This document shows, piece by piece, positions 9,033 through 18,871 of a stretch of 64,000 nucleotides of DNA (position 1 is its first letter; every line of letters starts with the position of its first letter). The notes beneath the pieces are model-generated. The model had not been told where the DNA came from, ran no database searches, and saw only the letters and a program-made list of their open reading frames with translations. Made by a program: the position numbers and the translations under genes. Origin of the DNA: an uncultured Alphaproteobacteria bacterium (lineage in GTDB: Bacteria; Pseudomonadota; Alphaproteobacteria; Puniceispirillales; Puniceispirillaceae). The stretch spans positions 5,274 through 69,273 of the forward strand of contig CAWUWE010000078.1 in the NCBI GenBank assembly GCA_963926175.1. Reading direction: 5' to 3'.

Positions 9033-9416
9033 CTAGAGATTGCTCAGCTGATAGGCGATGGTTTCACAATCATTATAGGCATCCGGTTTGGCTGTTCGAA
9101 TCCGAACTGATTGCACATCATCCAATGCCCGTAACGCGTCAAACAAGGTTCGCGCCAAGGTTTCTTGAAGATCATAATGACGCGCCGAAACAATGTTTAA
9201 AATCGTTTCGCGGATAAGGTCGTAATTCAATGCGCTATCAACCTTGTCATCAACAGGCTCGGTTGCCGGATAGAGCCGCACTTCAGCGTCGATTTTGATC
9301 CGTTGCGTGTTGGCACGCTCGGCGTCATAGATGCCAATTGAGGCTTGGCATTCCAAACCTTGTAAAATAAACCGCCGGTCCATAACCCCAACTCCACAAT
9401 ATCCAAATCGCCTCAA
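9033..9416 (-). CDS. folB: Dihydroneopterin aldolase family protein
   Basis: 127 aa. The pattern ...GLECQASIGIYDAERANTQRIKIDAEV... matches the FolB tunnelling fold. There is a 4-nt overlap with the upstream HAD gene. Confidence 0.75.
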   Translation of the reverse strand: MRRFGYCGVGVMDRRFILQGLECQASIGIYDAERANTQRIKIDAEVRLYPATEPVDDKVDSALNYDLIRETILNIVSARHYDLQETLARTLFDALRALDDVQSVRIRTAKPDAYNDCETIAYQLSNL

Positions 9417-10408
9417 AGGCTATTGACCACCCAATCAGGACGAATGTCGCAAGCCGTACAGTAAGGCAATGCCGCGCGTGACCGAAACAATCCATGATCA
9501 GTGACCAGAACGCTTGTCATGCCAGCGGCACTCCCCCCGAGTATATCAGTATGTAAGCTATCACCAACCATGGCAATGCGTTTGCGATTTAGCGGCTGAT
9601 CAAGCAACCCTGCCATCCGAGCCAGCGCCAAATCAAAGGCGGGCTGATAGGGTTTGCCATACCATCTGACATCAATCTCTATCGCGCGGATCGCCGCCTG
9701 TTGCATCATGCGGGCTGCCCAATAACCCGGCTCGGCGGAGAATTGGTCATTGGCCTGTGGTGCAGCGACATCAGGATTGGCGATATGAACCGGACGTGGG
9801 CGTGCCATCATCGCCGCCTCAAAAGCCGCCTGATCCGACTCACCCCATTCAATTGCCCCCAAAAACACAAAAGCATCAGCCCGAGTCCAGAAATCATCAT
9901 CACGGCCATAAATCATTATATTTTTGCCCGCAAGCGGTTCAATCACCCGCCCAAAACAACCAATAACATCATCGGTTGCCAAGGGTGCTTCGGGCGATCC
10001 AGTAAGCTGGGTAACAAGCGCATCACGACTGGATAAAACATCATCGCGTTTGATCGGAAGCTGCCAGTCCTGATATTTCTTAAATGCGCGTTCAGCTGAA
10101 AAACTGCCGCCATTGGTCAGAACCAGCACCGGCTTGGCTTTGCTGGCAGACGCATCAAGCAATGTTTTGATTCCTTCAATCGGGCCATCACCAATATTGA
10201 TGACCCCATAGCCGTCAAGCACCAGCCCGTCAAATTCATCCAAAATATCAATAAGCCGTGGCGCTGTTTGGCATGCGCCATCCTTGCCCGCCACTGGCAT
10301 GATTGGCCGCAAAGCTTGATAGATTGCCATCACCGCATCAAGGCCAAGCGCATATGCGGCCGGAATCTTGACTTGCTTAATCTCAACCTGCTTTATCTCA
10401 GCCAGCAC
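9413..10408 (-). CDS. HAD-superfamily hydrolase, subfamily IIA
   Basis: LVLDGYGVINIG (motif I DxxG), LTNGG and MVGDSLHTDILGG (motif IV) are typical of the HAD-IIA hyp4 group. Confidence 0.8.
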   Translation of the reverse strand: MLAEIKQVEIKQVKIPAAYALGLDAVMAIYQALRPIMPVAGKDGACQTAPRLIDILDEFDGLVLDGYGVINIGDGPIEGIKTLLDASASKAKPVLVLTNGGSFSAERAFKKYQDWQLPIKRDDVLSSRDALVTQLTGSPEAPLATDDVIGCFGRVIEPLAGKNIMIYGRDDDFWTRADAFVFLGAIEWGESDQAAFEAAMMARPRPVHIANPDVAAPQANDQFSAEPGYWAARMMQQAAIRAIEIDVRWYGKPYQPAFDLALARMAGLLDQPLNRKRIAMVGDSLHTDILGGSAAGMTSVLVTDHGLFRSRAALPYCTACDIRPDWVVNSL

Positions 10409-10483
10409 TGCGATATCCTCTTTGCACCTGATTTATTACAATGGGCAAAACCCCGTCATCAGCGGAGCATAGAGGTAAACAGC

Positions 10484-10789
10484 CTAATTTTCCAGTCGCG
10501 CCGCGGCGATGGATTGTTTGAATGCCTCGCACCAGATTACCACCGCATCATATTCATCAAGATTAATGGCTGGCGGTAGATCCAGCGCAAAATTTTCAAA
10601 TGTCTTCACCGCGCCTATTTGCCGTGATTCAGCCTTGATCGCCAGAAAGTTCGCGCCATCATCAATAAATTCTGGCACCAGATATAGCCGGTAATCAGGG
10701 CCAGGCGAAATTGTGCCATCAAGCCAGATTTTATTGGCATTCATCATGATGGTGCCATCACCCCAGTGAAGCGCGTCCGATCCGGGCAA
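10484..10789 (-). CDS. DM13-domain protein; the 5' end appears disrupted (possible pseudogene)
   Basis: SDALHWGDGTIMM...ISPGPDYRLYLV...VVIWCEAFKQSIAAARL matches the bacterial DM13 pattern (H-x-G-x-G, GPD-x-x-VYL, IWC). The ORF opens right after a TGA with only a TTG start, and has no signal peptide. See the finding. Confidence 0.5.
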   Translation of the reverse strand: MPGSDALHWGDGTIMMNANKIWLDGTISPGPDYRLYLVPEFIDDGANFLAIKAESRQIGAVKTFENFALDLPPAINLDEYDAVVIWCEAFKQSIAAARLEN

Positions 10790-11118
10790 TCACGAACGAA
10801 TCTGCCGCCCCGTTCAGCACTGGTGGCAAGCGGCCTGCACCGCCACCTGATCAAGACCCGGACCTGTGGTTAGAATTGGCCGCCAATCGCTATTGCATGA
10901 GTTACCAGCCGCAGCCCGCTCGAAACAATACAATGACGCGGCGTAAAACCATGATAGAAAAGGGGAACAAAAGCATCTGAACACTTGACAGCGGGGCCGC
11001 AACGCGTATATTCCAGCCCGCTGTCGCGCTTTGACATCGTTGTTTGGGCGCCGCTGTCCCGTTAGTGGGGAAAAAGCGACTGGCCGGAAACCCCGTCCAC
11101 AGCTGATGAGATTATTGT

Positions 11119-11171
11119 GGTGACTAAAGGCTTTATGCGGCTATCGTGGGTCTTTCGCCACCAAATTTTTT
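11119..11171 (+). promoter_or_regulatory. Terminator-like hairpin plus U-tract in the rplU leader
   Basis: GGTGAC-T-AAAGGC (11119-11131) pairs with GTCTTT-C-GCCACC (11150-11162): about 11 bp plus one G-U and two mismatched positions. AAATTTTTT follows at 11163-11171, ending 3 nt before the TAAGGAAG RBS and 17 nt before ATG 11189. Confidence 0.4.
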
Positions 11172-11188
11172 AGGTAAGGAAGATCGCC

Positions 11189-11677
11189 ATGTACGCTTTG
11201 GTGAAGACCGGTGGCAAACAATATCGCGTTTCAAAGGATGACACTATTCTGGTGGAACGTCTGTCCGCTGAAGAAGGCGAGCAAATCATTTTGAACGACA
11301 TCGTCATGCTTGGCGATGGTGACAAAGTTACGATTGGCACACCGCTTGTTGATGGCGCTGGTGTCAGCGCAACGGTTGTCCGTCAAACACGCGGACCAAA
11401 AATCATTATCTTTCGCCGCAAGCGCCGGAAAAATCATCGGCGCACTCAAGGTCACCGTCAGGATTTAACCCTGCTGAAAATTATTGATATTGCCGAAGAT
11501 GCAAAAAGCCTGAAAACAGCAAAACCTGCTGCCAAGGCTGCGCCAAAGGCCGACGCTGCAAGTGACGCACCTGCGAAAAAGGCCGCCGCACCAAAAGCAG
11601 TCGCTGCGAAAAAAGCTGCACCTAAGGCCGCCGCTGCGAAAAAGCCAACTGCAAAAAAAGCCGCAGCAAAAGACTAG
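11189..11677 (+). CDS. rplU: 50S ribosomal protein L21 with an Ala/Lys/Pro-rich C-terminal extension
   Basis: MYALVKTGGKQYRV... is the canonical L21 N-terminus. The core is about 103 aa and is followed by a ~59-aa AKP-rich tail. Confidence 0.95.
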   Translation: MYALVKTGGKQYRVSKDDTILVERLSAEEGEQIILNDIVMLGDGDKVTIGTPLVDGAGVSATVVRQTRGPKIIIFRRKRRKNHRRTQGHRQDLTLLKIIDIAEDAKSLKTAKPAAKAAPKADAASDAPAKKAAAPKAVAAKKAAPKAAAAKKPTAKKAAAKD

Positions 11678-11729
11678 ATAAAAATGATGCCGCAATCGCG
11701 GTTATGAACAGATAGAAGGTTGGTAGAAA

Positions 11730-11999
11730 ATGGCCCATAAAAAAGCAGGCGGTAGTTCCAGAAACGGTCGCGACTCGGCTGGCCGCAGACTTGGTGTAAA
11801 GAAATTTGGCGGCGAGAGCGTTCTTGCTGGCAATATCATTGTTCGCCAGCGCGGAACCAAAGTGAATCCCGGACTAAATGTCGGCATGGGCAAAGATCAC
11901 ACATTATTTGCACTGATCGAAGGCAAGGTTGCTTTCCGTCAAAAATCAGGTGGCAAAATGTTTGTGGCTGTCGCGCCGATGGCCGAGGCTGCTGAATAG
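11730..11999 (+). CDS. rpmA: 50S ribosomal protein L27
   Basis: [28 protein letters not shown] is the invariant L27 N-terminus. Confidence 0.97.
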   Translation: MAHKKAGGSSRNGRDSAGRRLGVKKFGGESVLAGNIIVRQRGTKVNPGLNVGMGKDHTLFALIEGKVAFRQKSGGKMFVAVAPMAEAAE

Positions 12000-12062
12000 C
12001 GCCTTTGGCATCAAAAAAGATGCACGGGGGCGGTTTATTCCGGCAGCCGTGCAATGATCGAA

Positions 12063-12094
12063 GGGGAATGACGATTGTTATTCCCCTTTTATTT
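12063..12094 (+). terminator. Rho-independent terminator after rpmA
   Basis: Perfect stem GGGGAAT / ATTCCCC with a 10-nt loop, followed by TTTTATTTAT. Confidence 0.7.
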
Positions 12095-12198
12095 ATCGGG
12101 TGAAGCATCTTGCCACGGCAAAGCCATAACGGTCATGGCAGATAGCGTCGATTATCCTGCTGCATCAAACCCCCGAATGATAAATCGGAACCATTGTA

Positions 12199-13233
12199 AT
12201 GAAATTTCTCGACCAGGCTAAAATCTACACCCGTTCAGGGCATGGCGGGCCGGGGGCAATTAGCTTTCGGCGCGAAGCGCATGTGCCTTTGGGCGGGCCT
12301 GATGGCGGCAATGGCGGGCGCGGCGGCGATATTGTGGCAATGGCGGTGAATGGTCTGAACACGCTTATTGATTATCGCTATCAACAGCATTTCAAGGCCG
12401 AATCGGGCCGTCCGGGTGCCGGACGTGACCGAAGCGGTGCCTCTGGCAAAGATGTGATCATGCGGCTTCCGATTGGAACACAAGTCCTATCGGATGATCA
12501 GCAAACCGTTCTTGCCGACCTAACCTATGAGGGGCAGACCATCATTCTTGCCAAGGGCGGTACTGGCGGTAAGGGCAATGCCTTTTTCAAATCATCGACC
12601 AATCGCGCCCCACGGAAATCACAGCCTGGCGAAGAAGGTCAGGAAATGTGGGTCTGGCTGCGGCTGAAACTGATTGCCGATGCCGGTCTTCTTGGCATGC
12701 CAAACGCCGGAAAATCAACCTTTCTAAGCGCGGTTTCGGCAGCACGCCCCAAAATTGCCGATTATCCTTTTACCACGCTTCATCCCAATCTTGGCGTTGT
12801 TGGCATTGATAGCAAAGAATTTGTCATGGCTGATATTCCCGGGCTGATCGAAGGCGCACATGAAGGCGCGGGTCTTGGCCACCGGTTTTTAGGGCATGTT
12901 GAACGCTGCCGGATTTTGCTGCATCTAATTGATGCCACTGGCGAAGATCCTGTTGCCGCATGGAAAATGCTTCGCAATGAACTCAAAGCCTATGGCGGCG
13001 ATCTTTATGATAAGCCGGAAATTGTCGGGCTAACCAAATTGGACGCAACTCCAGAAGATTACGCTGCCGATCTTGTCATTGCCTTGCAAGAAGCGGGCGC
13101 AGGGCAAGTGCTGGCATTATCGTCAGTCACCGGAAGCGGCGTCACAACGATGCTTCGCCAGCTTATCAATGTGATTGAAACAAGTCGGGCCAAAGAAGCG
13201 GAGCCCGAAGAGGCTGTGCCATGGTCACCGTAA
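12199..13233 (+). CDS. obg: GTPase Obg/CgtA
   Basis: [10 protein letters not shown]...GGNGGRGGD is the Obg fold. G1 motif GMPNAGKST and G3 motif DIPGLIEGA are present. Confidence 0.97.
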   Translation: MKFLDQAKIYTRSGHGGPGAISFRREAHVPLGGPDGGNGGRGGDIVAMAVNGLNTLIDYRYQQHFKAESGRPGAGRDRSGASGKDVIMRLPIGTQVLSDDQQTVLADLTYEGQTIILAKGGTGGKGNAFFKSSTNRAPRKSQPGEEGQEMWVWLRLKLIADAGLLGMPNAGKSTFLSAVSAARPKIADYPFTTLHPNLGVVGIDSKEFVMADIPGLIEGAHEGAGLGHRFLGHVERCRILLHLIDATGEDPVAAWKMLRNELKAYGGDLYDKPEIVGLTKLDATPEDYAADLVIALQEAGAGQVLALSSVTGSGVTTMLRQLINVIETSRAKEAEPEEAVPWSP

Positions 13234-14366
13234 CATCAGCTTCCCAAAAACATATTTTTGATGATGCGAAGATCATCGTTATCAAAGTTGGATCATCCCT
13301 TCTTGTTGACGAAGATCAAAACGCCATAAACACAGCATGGCTAAGCGGCATTGCCACCGATATCGCGCGGCTAAAGACGGCTGGAAAAGATGTTGTGGTG
13401 GTATCAAGCGGGGCCATTGCGCTTGGACGACGCTTGCTGAAAATAAATCACAATAAATTGAAATTGCAGGAAAAACAGGCTGCGGCGGCTACGGGACAAG
13501 TGTTGCTGGCGCATGCATGGATGGACGCGCTTGGTGCGCATAAGGTGCAAACGGCGCAAATTCTGCTATCGCCTGATGATACCGAAACAAGGCGCAAACA
13601 TCTCAATGCCCGCACCACGATGATGGCACTTTTACAGCTCAATGCCGTTCCGGTGGTCAATGAGAATGACACAGTTGCCACAGCGGAAATTCGCTTTGGT
13701 GATAATGACCGGCTGGCAGCGCGTGTTGCCGCGATGATTGGAGCTGATTTGCTGGTTCTTCTGTCAGATGTTGATGGGCTTTATACGGCCAATCCGAATG
13801 GCGACAATAGCGCAACCCATATTGGCGAAATTGCGCAAATCACTCCTGACATCATGGCCATGGCAGGACCGGCCAATGCCGCCTATGCTTCGGGCGGTAT
13901 GGTAACAAAACTTGAGGCGGCGCGCATTGCCACATCGGCTGGTTGCCAGATGATTATCTGCAATGGACAAAGTCCAGCGCCATTATCACGGCTGGAAGCC
14001 GGGGCAAGATGCACCATCTTTGCCGCAGCGTTAAGCCCGCATACCGCCCGCAAACAATGGATTGCCGGTGCGCTAACCCCCAAAGGGACGATCCGCATTG
14101 ATAATGGGGCTGCACGCGCGCTTCGCGCCGGACGATCGCTTTTGCCAGCAGGCGTTATCACTGTTAATGGGCAATTCGAACGCGGCGATTTGATCGAGAT
14201 CGAAGATAGCACCGGTCTGGTCATCGGGCATGGCTTATCAAGCTATGGTCATAAAGACGCCATGGCGATTCGCGGTCATAAAAGCAATGAAATCGAATCC
14301 GTTCTAGGCTATCGTGAACGTGATGAAATGATCCATGCCGATAATCTGGTCATGAGTGACAGCTAG
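13221..14366 (+). CDS. proB: Glutamate 5-kinase
   Basis: [19 protein letters not shown] and ENDTVA motifs plus a C-terminal PUA domain. ATG 13221 overlaps the obg stop by 13 nt. Confidence 0.95.
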   Translation: MVTVTSASQKHIFDDAKIIVIKVGSSLLVDEDQNAINTAWLSGIATDIARLKTAGKDVVVVSSGAIALGRRLLKINHNKLKLQEKQAAAATGQVLLAHAWMDALGAHKVQTAQILLSPDDTETRRKHLNARTTMMALLQLNAVPVVNENDTVATAEIRFGDNDRLAARVAAMIGADLLVLLSDVDGLYTANPNGDNSATHIGEIAQITPDIMAMAGPANAAYASGGMVTKLEAARIATSAGCQMIICNGQSPAPLSRLEAGARCTIFAAALSPHTARKQWIAGALTPKGTIRIDNGAARALRAGRSLLPAGVITVNGQFERGDLIEIEDSTGLVIGHGLSSYGHKDAMAIRGHKSNEIESVLGYRERDEMIHADNLVMSDS

Positions 14367-14385
14367 GGCAAAAAGCGGGAAAGAT

Positions 14386-15666
14386 ATGGCACAGCAATTA
14401 GACAAAATTAGTGGCACCATCGCCCTGATCAGGGCGATGGTCACACGGTCACGCGCCGCCCAATCGGTTCTTGGAAAAAGTGATTTTGCGTCACGATGCG
14501 CCGCCCTGCAATCCGCAGCCGATCAGATTCGCACCCAAACCGCCGCCATTCTTGAGGTCAATGCCAAAGATGTTGCCGCGGCCAAGGCAAGCGACATCAG
14601 CGGTGCGTTTATTGACCGGTTAACGCTGAATGACGAACGCGTTGAAGCGATGGCAAGCGGCCTTGAAGCGATGATTCGCCTGACCGACCCGATTGGCCAT
14701 GAATTGGCGCGCTGGCAACAGCCAAACGGGCTTGATATTGCGCGGGTTTCAACGCCGCTTGGGGTGATTGGCATCATTTACGAATCACGGCCGAATGTTA
14801 CAATTGATGCGGCTGGATTATGTATTATCGCTGGCAATGCTGCCATTTTGCGCGGCGGCAGTGATAGCCAGCTTACCGCCAGCTTGCTTGCCGCCATCAT
14901 GGGTGATGGGCTTGCTGCGGCTGGCCTGCCGCGTGATGCTGTGCAGATGGTGCCCACAACCGACCGGCAGGCCGTTGGTGCCATGCTTGGCGCGGTTGGC
15001 GGCATTGATGTGCTGATTCCCCGCGGTGGGCGCTCACTTGTCGAACGCGTTCAAACCGAAGCGCGTGTTCCGGTTTTTGCCCACCTTGAAGGCATTTGCC
15101 ATCTCTATATCCATGCTGATGCCAACCCGGATAAGGCGCGGCAGATTGCATTAAACGCCAAAATGCGGCGAACCGGCATTTGTGGCGCAGCAGAAACATT
15201 GCTTATTGATGCCGCCATTGCCAAAGACCTTCTTGGCGCTATTGCCAATGATCTTTTGGCGGCTGGCTGTGCGCTTCGCGGTGATGCGGCGGCATGTGAC
15301 CTTGTGCCAGCGATGACCCCTGCCACCGAAACCGATTTTTACACCGAATATCTGGATGCGATTTTGTCGGTTGCCATTGTCGATAATATTGAGTCGGCCA
15401 TTGCCCATATTGCCAAATATGGATCGGCGCATACTGATGCGATTATCACCGAATCAGCCGCTGCCGCAGCGCAGTTTTTTGCCGAGGTTGACAGCGCAAT
15501 TGTAATGCATAACGCCTCGACACAATTTGCCGATGGCGGCGAATTTGGCATGGGCGCCGAAATTGGCATTGCCACCGGGCGATTGCATGCGCGTGGGCCT
15601 GTTGGCGCGGCGCAATTAACCAGCTTTAAATATGTTGTTCGTGGCAATGGCCAGACACGCCGCTAG
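14386..15666 (+). CDS. proA: Gamma-glutamyl phosphate reductase
   Basis: Aldehyde-dehydrogenase-type ProA motifs ([26 protein letters not shown]). I preferred ATG 14386; GTG 14356 is possible. Confidence 0.95.
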   Translation: MAQQLDKISGTIALIRAMVTRSRAAQSVLGKSDFASRCAALQSAADQIRTQTAAILEVNAKDVAAAKASDISGAFIDRLTLNDERVEAMASGLEAMIRLTDPIGHELARWQQPNGLDIARVSTPLGVIGIIYESRPNVTIDAAGLCIIAGNAAILRGGSDSQLTASLLAAIMGDGLAAAGLPRDAVQMVPTTDRQAVGAMLGAVGGIDVLIPRGGRSLVERVQTEARVPVFAHLEGICHLYIHADANPDKARQIALNAKMRRTGICGAAETLLIDAAIAKDLLGAIANDLLAAGCALRGDAAACDLVPAMTPATETDFYTEYLDAILSVAIVDNIESAIAHIAKYGSAHTDAIITESAAAAAQFFAEVDSAIVMHNASTQFADGGEFGMGAEIGIATGRLHARGPVGAAQLTSFKYVVRGNGQTRR

Positions 15667-16306
15667 CCATCATCATCAAACGCCGTTGCTGTTTCACAGC
15701 CGGACAAGCCTGAAAATCGGCCTTGTCGGTGGCTCATTCAATCCGGCGCATGATGGCCATATTCATGTTGCACTCGAGGCACGACGTGCCTTGAATCTTG
15801 ATCAAATCTGGTGGCTTGTCAGTCCGCAGAATCCACTCAAGAGCGCCGCTGGTATGGAATCACTTGCCACAAGGCTGGCACATGCTCGTAAAATTGCCGC
15901 GCCCTATCCGTTTTTGCAGGTTTTGACTCCCGAGACTGGCCTGCCCCAAAACTATACCTACAACACATTGACTTATTTGAAAAAAACAATGCCGCTGGCA
16001 CGTCTTATCTGGGTCATGGGCGCGGATAATCTGGATCAATTTTCGCGCTGGCATCGGCACCAAGATGTGATTCGCTTACTACCCATTGCCGTTATCGACC
16101 GTCCAAGCTATTCTATGAAGGCTATTGCTGCTAGTCGGTGGTTGCTAGGACGGCGTTATCAGGTTGCAAAAATGCGCCATGCCATTGCAATGCGATCTTT
16201 GAAACTGCCAAGCTGGTGCTTTATAGCTGGACAACGTCACGCGGCTTCGGCCACGGAGATTCGGCAGCAAGCGCAAATGCCTAAACCCGACCGCAGCCCG
16301 CAATAA
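15632..16306 (+). CDS. nadD: Nicotinate-nucleotide adenylyltransferase
   Basis: [18 protein letters not shown] (the (H/T)xGH nucleotidyltransferase motif). It sits in the conserved proA-nadD-rsfS-rlmH order. The start is uncertain between 15632 and 15650. Confidence 0.85.
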   Translation: MLFVAMARHAASHHHQTPLLFHSRTSLKIGLVGGSFNPAHDGHIHVALEARRALNLDQIWWLVSPQNPLKSAAGMESLATRLAHARKIAAPYPFLQVLTPETGLPQNYTYNTLTYLKKTMPLARLIWVMGADNLDQFSRWHRHQDVIRLLPIAVIDRPSYSMKAIAASRWLLGRRYQVAKMRHAIAMRSLKLPSWCFIAGQRHAASATEIRQQAQMPKPDRSPQ

Positions 16307-16337
16307 AGGGGCTTGAACATTTTGACAGGAGATACCC

Positions 16338-16718
16338 ATTTCTAAAGCGCAAACTGCATTAAACGCAGACCAGATCCTTCGTTTGATCACAACCTCTCTT
16401 GACGACAACAAAGCCGAAAATATCCTGACAATCCCGTTACAAGGTAAATCCGCAATGGCAGATTATATGGTTGTTGCGTCAGGGGCATCATCTCGGCAGG
16501 TTGCCGCCATGGCAGAACATCTTGAATTCAAGCTAAAGCAGGAAAAGGTCGATATTCTTGGCCTTGAAGGTCTGCGACAAGCCGATTGGGTACTGCTTGA
16601 TGCCAATGATGTGATCGTTCATATCTTCCGTCCTGAAGTTCGTGACTTTTACGGGCTTGAGCGGATGTGGGCCGATGATATGTCGGCCGAAATTGTCAAG
16701 ATTGGCAGCGACGCCTAA
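16338..16718 (+). CDS. rsfS: Ribosome silencing factor RsfS (IojAP family), with a probable ATT start
   Basis: LDDNKAENILTIPLQGKSAMADYMVVASG...HIFRPEVRDFYGLERMW is the RsfS signature. The frame is open from 16326. AGGAG (16327-16331) lies 6 nt before ATT 16338. The ORF-track TTG 16383 would remove the conserved N-terminal helix. Confidence 0.8.
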   Translation: MSKAQTALNADQILRLITTSLDDNKAENILTIPLQGKSAMADYMVVASGASSRQVAAMAEHLEFKLKQEKVDILGLEGLRQADWVLLDANDVIVHIFRPEVRDFYGLERMWADDMSAEIVKIGSDA

Positions 16719-16759
16719 ACGCATCACCCAAATGGCAAAAGGCGAATCGGAGCCGATCA

Positions 16760-17218
16760 ATGCAGCTGTTTATTCTCGCCATTGGTAAGGGTCGAGCTTC
16801 GCCTGAAAATACGCTAACGCAAGGCTGGCTATCGCGCTTGCCGCAAGGCGGCAGCCTTATTGAAGTTGAATCCAAACTTCCCCCCGGCCAAAAACGAACT
16901 GATGATGAATCCAGCCGCCTGTTGCGCGCCATGCCTGATGGTGCTGCCTTGGCGGTTCTTGACCCACGCGGCAAGGATCATTCATCTGAAGATCTTGCCG
17001 CCTTGATCGGCACATGGCGTGATGGCGGTTTTGCGGCAGCCTGTTTTGCCATTGGCGGGGCTGATGGCCATGCTGATACCATGCGCCAAAAGGCCGAACG
17101 CAGCATTTCCTTTGGCCGCGCCACATGGCCGCATATGCTGTTTCGAGCCATGCTTGCCGAACAGCTTTATCGGGCAAGCTCAATTTTGGCGGGTCATCCC
17201 TATCATCGTGGCGATTAA
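16760..17218 (+). CDS. rlmH: 23S rRNA (pseudouridine1915-N3)-methyltransferase
   Basis: A 152-aa SPOUT protein ending ...LAEQLYRASSILAGHPYHRG, the RlmH C-terminal motif. It follows rsfS as in most bacteria. Confidence 0.9.
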   Translation: MQLFILAIGKGRASPENTLTQGWLSRLPQGGSLIEVESKLPPGQKRTDDESSRLLRAMPDGAALAVLDPRGKDHSSEDLAALIGTWRDGGFAAACFAIGGADGHADTMRQKAERSISFGRATWPHMLFRAMLAEQLYRASSILAGHPYHRGD

Positions 17219-17326
17219 CCGGCTCGCAAGGGCGCCGCGCCAGCCCTGATTATTTTGGCGCCCCTGTTTATGGGGGGCACCACAGTTTAACTGTACATCA
17301 ATCAATGCTGAGATTATAAGATCGTT

Positions 17327-18871
17327 ATGGTCACTTATCACCCCTCGCACGGCCCGGTTGTCCTGTGCATCATGGATGGCTGGGGTCATCGTACCGAGCC
17401 CGAACATAACGCTGTTGCACTTGCTAAAACGCCAGTGTTTGACGCGCTGATTGCAAGCCAGCCACATAGCTTTCTTGCCGCGTCTGGTGCTGATGTTGGG
17501 TTGCCTGATGGACAGGTTGGCAATTCTGAAGTTGGGCATATGAATATCGGTGCAGGCCGTGTGGTGATGCAGGATTTGCCACGCCTGAATGCTGCGGTCA
17601 AAGATGGGTCGCTGGCGGCGCATCCCGATCTTATCGCGCTTGCGGCAAAGCTTCGGGCATCGGGCGGCACGGCGCATGTCATGGGGCTTTTATCACCAGG
17701 CGGCGTGCATGCGCATCGAGACCATTTTCTAGCTGTCATAACAGGGCTAGTTGCGGCTGGCATTCCGGTGGCTGTGCATGGCTTTACCGATGGCCGCGAT
17801 ACATTACCGCAAGCCGCAAAACAGGATTTACCCGACTTTGTGGCTGCCTTGCCTAAAGGCGCCTTTATCGCCAGCCTGATTGGCCGCTATTTCGCCATGG
17901 ATCGTGATAGCCGCTGGGAACGCACACAGGCCGCCTATGACGCCATTGCAGGCGCACGCGCACTGATCTTCGCCATCGATGCGCTAACGGCGCTTGAGGC
18001 GGGCTATGGGCGTGATGAGGGCGATGAATTCATCACTCCGACCGTGATTGACGGCTATCAGGGCATGCGCGATGGCGATAGCATCGTGATGATGAATTTT
18101 CGCGCCGATCGCGCCCGCCAGCTGTTGAATTGTTTTTGTGATCCGGCCAGCACTGGCTGCACCACCCAGCCGGTCACTTTTGTTGGCATGGCAGGCATGA
18201 CCAGCTATTCGAAATCACTTGATGGTCATATGATGACGCTTTATCCGCCATTGGAATTGCATGACACGCTTGGCGAGATCGTGGCGCGTGCTGGCAAACG
18301 CCAGCTACGGCTTGCCGAAACCGAAAAATACCCGCATGTGACTTTTTTCTTTAATGGTGGCGAAGAAGCGCTGCAACCGGGCGAAGACCGGGAAATGGTC
18401 GCCTCGCCATCGGTTGCCACCTATGATTTGCAACCCGAAATGAGCGCGCGTGATATTTTGCAAACCGCGCTTACCAGCCTTCATGCCAAGGCCCATGACC
18501 TGTTGATTATCAATTTTGCCAATCCTGACATGGTTGGTCATACAGGCGATCTTGACGCTGCCATTCGCGCGGTTGAAACCGTCGATCACTGTGTTGGTAA
18601 ATTGGTTGAGGCGCTTGGTTCTGCTGGCGGGCAAATGCTGCTAACCGCCGATCATGGCAATTGCGAATTGATGTGGGATTGCAACGCCGAATCACCGCAT
18701 ACCGCCCATACCACCAATCTTGTGCCATTGATTTTGATCAATGGACATGCCAACACACATATCGTCAATGGTCGGCTTGCCGATCTTGCGCCTAGCTTGC
18801 TTGCCATGATGGGCATTGCCAAGCCTGCATTAATGACTGGAAACTGTCTTTTATCACCCAAAAAGCCATAA
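17327..18871 (+). CDS. gpmI: 2,3-bisphosphoglycerate-independent phosphoglycerate mutase
   Basis: VLCIMDGWG, GNSEVGHMNIGAGR and NFANPDMVGHTG...TADHGN motifs of iPGM. Confidence 0.95.
   Translation: MVTYHPSHGPVVLCIMDGWGHRTEPEHNAVALAKTPVFDALIASQPHSFLAASGADVGLPDGQVGNSEVGHMNIGAGRVVMQDLPRLNAAVKDGSLAAHPDLIALAAKLRASGGTAHVMGLLSPGGVHAHRDHFLAVITGLVAAGIPVAVHGFTDGRDTLPQAAKQDLPDFVAALPKGAFIASLIGRYFAMDRDSRWERTQAAYDAIAGARALIFAIDALTALEAGYGRDEGDEFITPTVIDGYQGMRDGDSIVMMNFRADRARQLLNCFCDPASTGCTTQPVTFVGMAGMTSYSKSLDGHMMTLYPPLELHDTLGEIVARAGKRQLRLAETEKYPHVTFFFNGGEEALQPGEDREMVASPSVATYDLQPEMSARDILQTALTSLHAKAHDLLIINFANPDMVGHTGDLDAAIRAVETVDHCVGKLVEALGSAGGQMLLTADHGNCELMWDCNAESPHTAHTTNLVPLILINGHANTHIVNGRLADLAPSLLAMMGIAKPALMTGNCLLSPKKP

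Noticed and set aside
10790-10816. Two in-frame TGA codons upstream of the DM13 ORF read as selenocysteine or programmed readthrough (…CHQC-TGA-TGRQIRS-TGA-LPGSD…)
   Set aside because: I saw no SECIS-like hairpin immediately downstream. The upstream 62 aa show no DM13 or signal-peptide character, and the better DM13-like N-terminal residues lie in a different frame. Frameshift decay explains the data more simply.
11465-11695. Cys/Phe-rich 76-aa ORF antisense to the L21 tail, and a 144-aa ORF (49692-50126) overlapping the rimM 5' end and the S16 tail on the same strand in another frame
   Set aside because: These are off-frame readings of low-complexity GCN/AAR (and GCN/GAR) repeats and have no independent support.
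17257-17293. Short GCCCC/GGGGC hairpin and ACAGTT-T-AACTGT palindrome between rlmH and gpmI
   Set aside because: The stem is only 5 bp with a 9-nt loop and no U-tract, and the palindrome is short. This is too weak to call a terminator or an operator.
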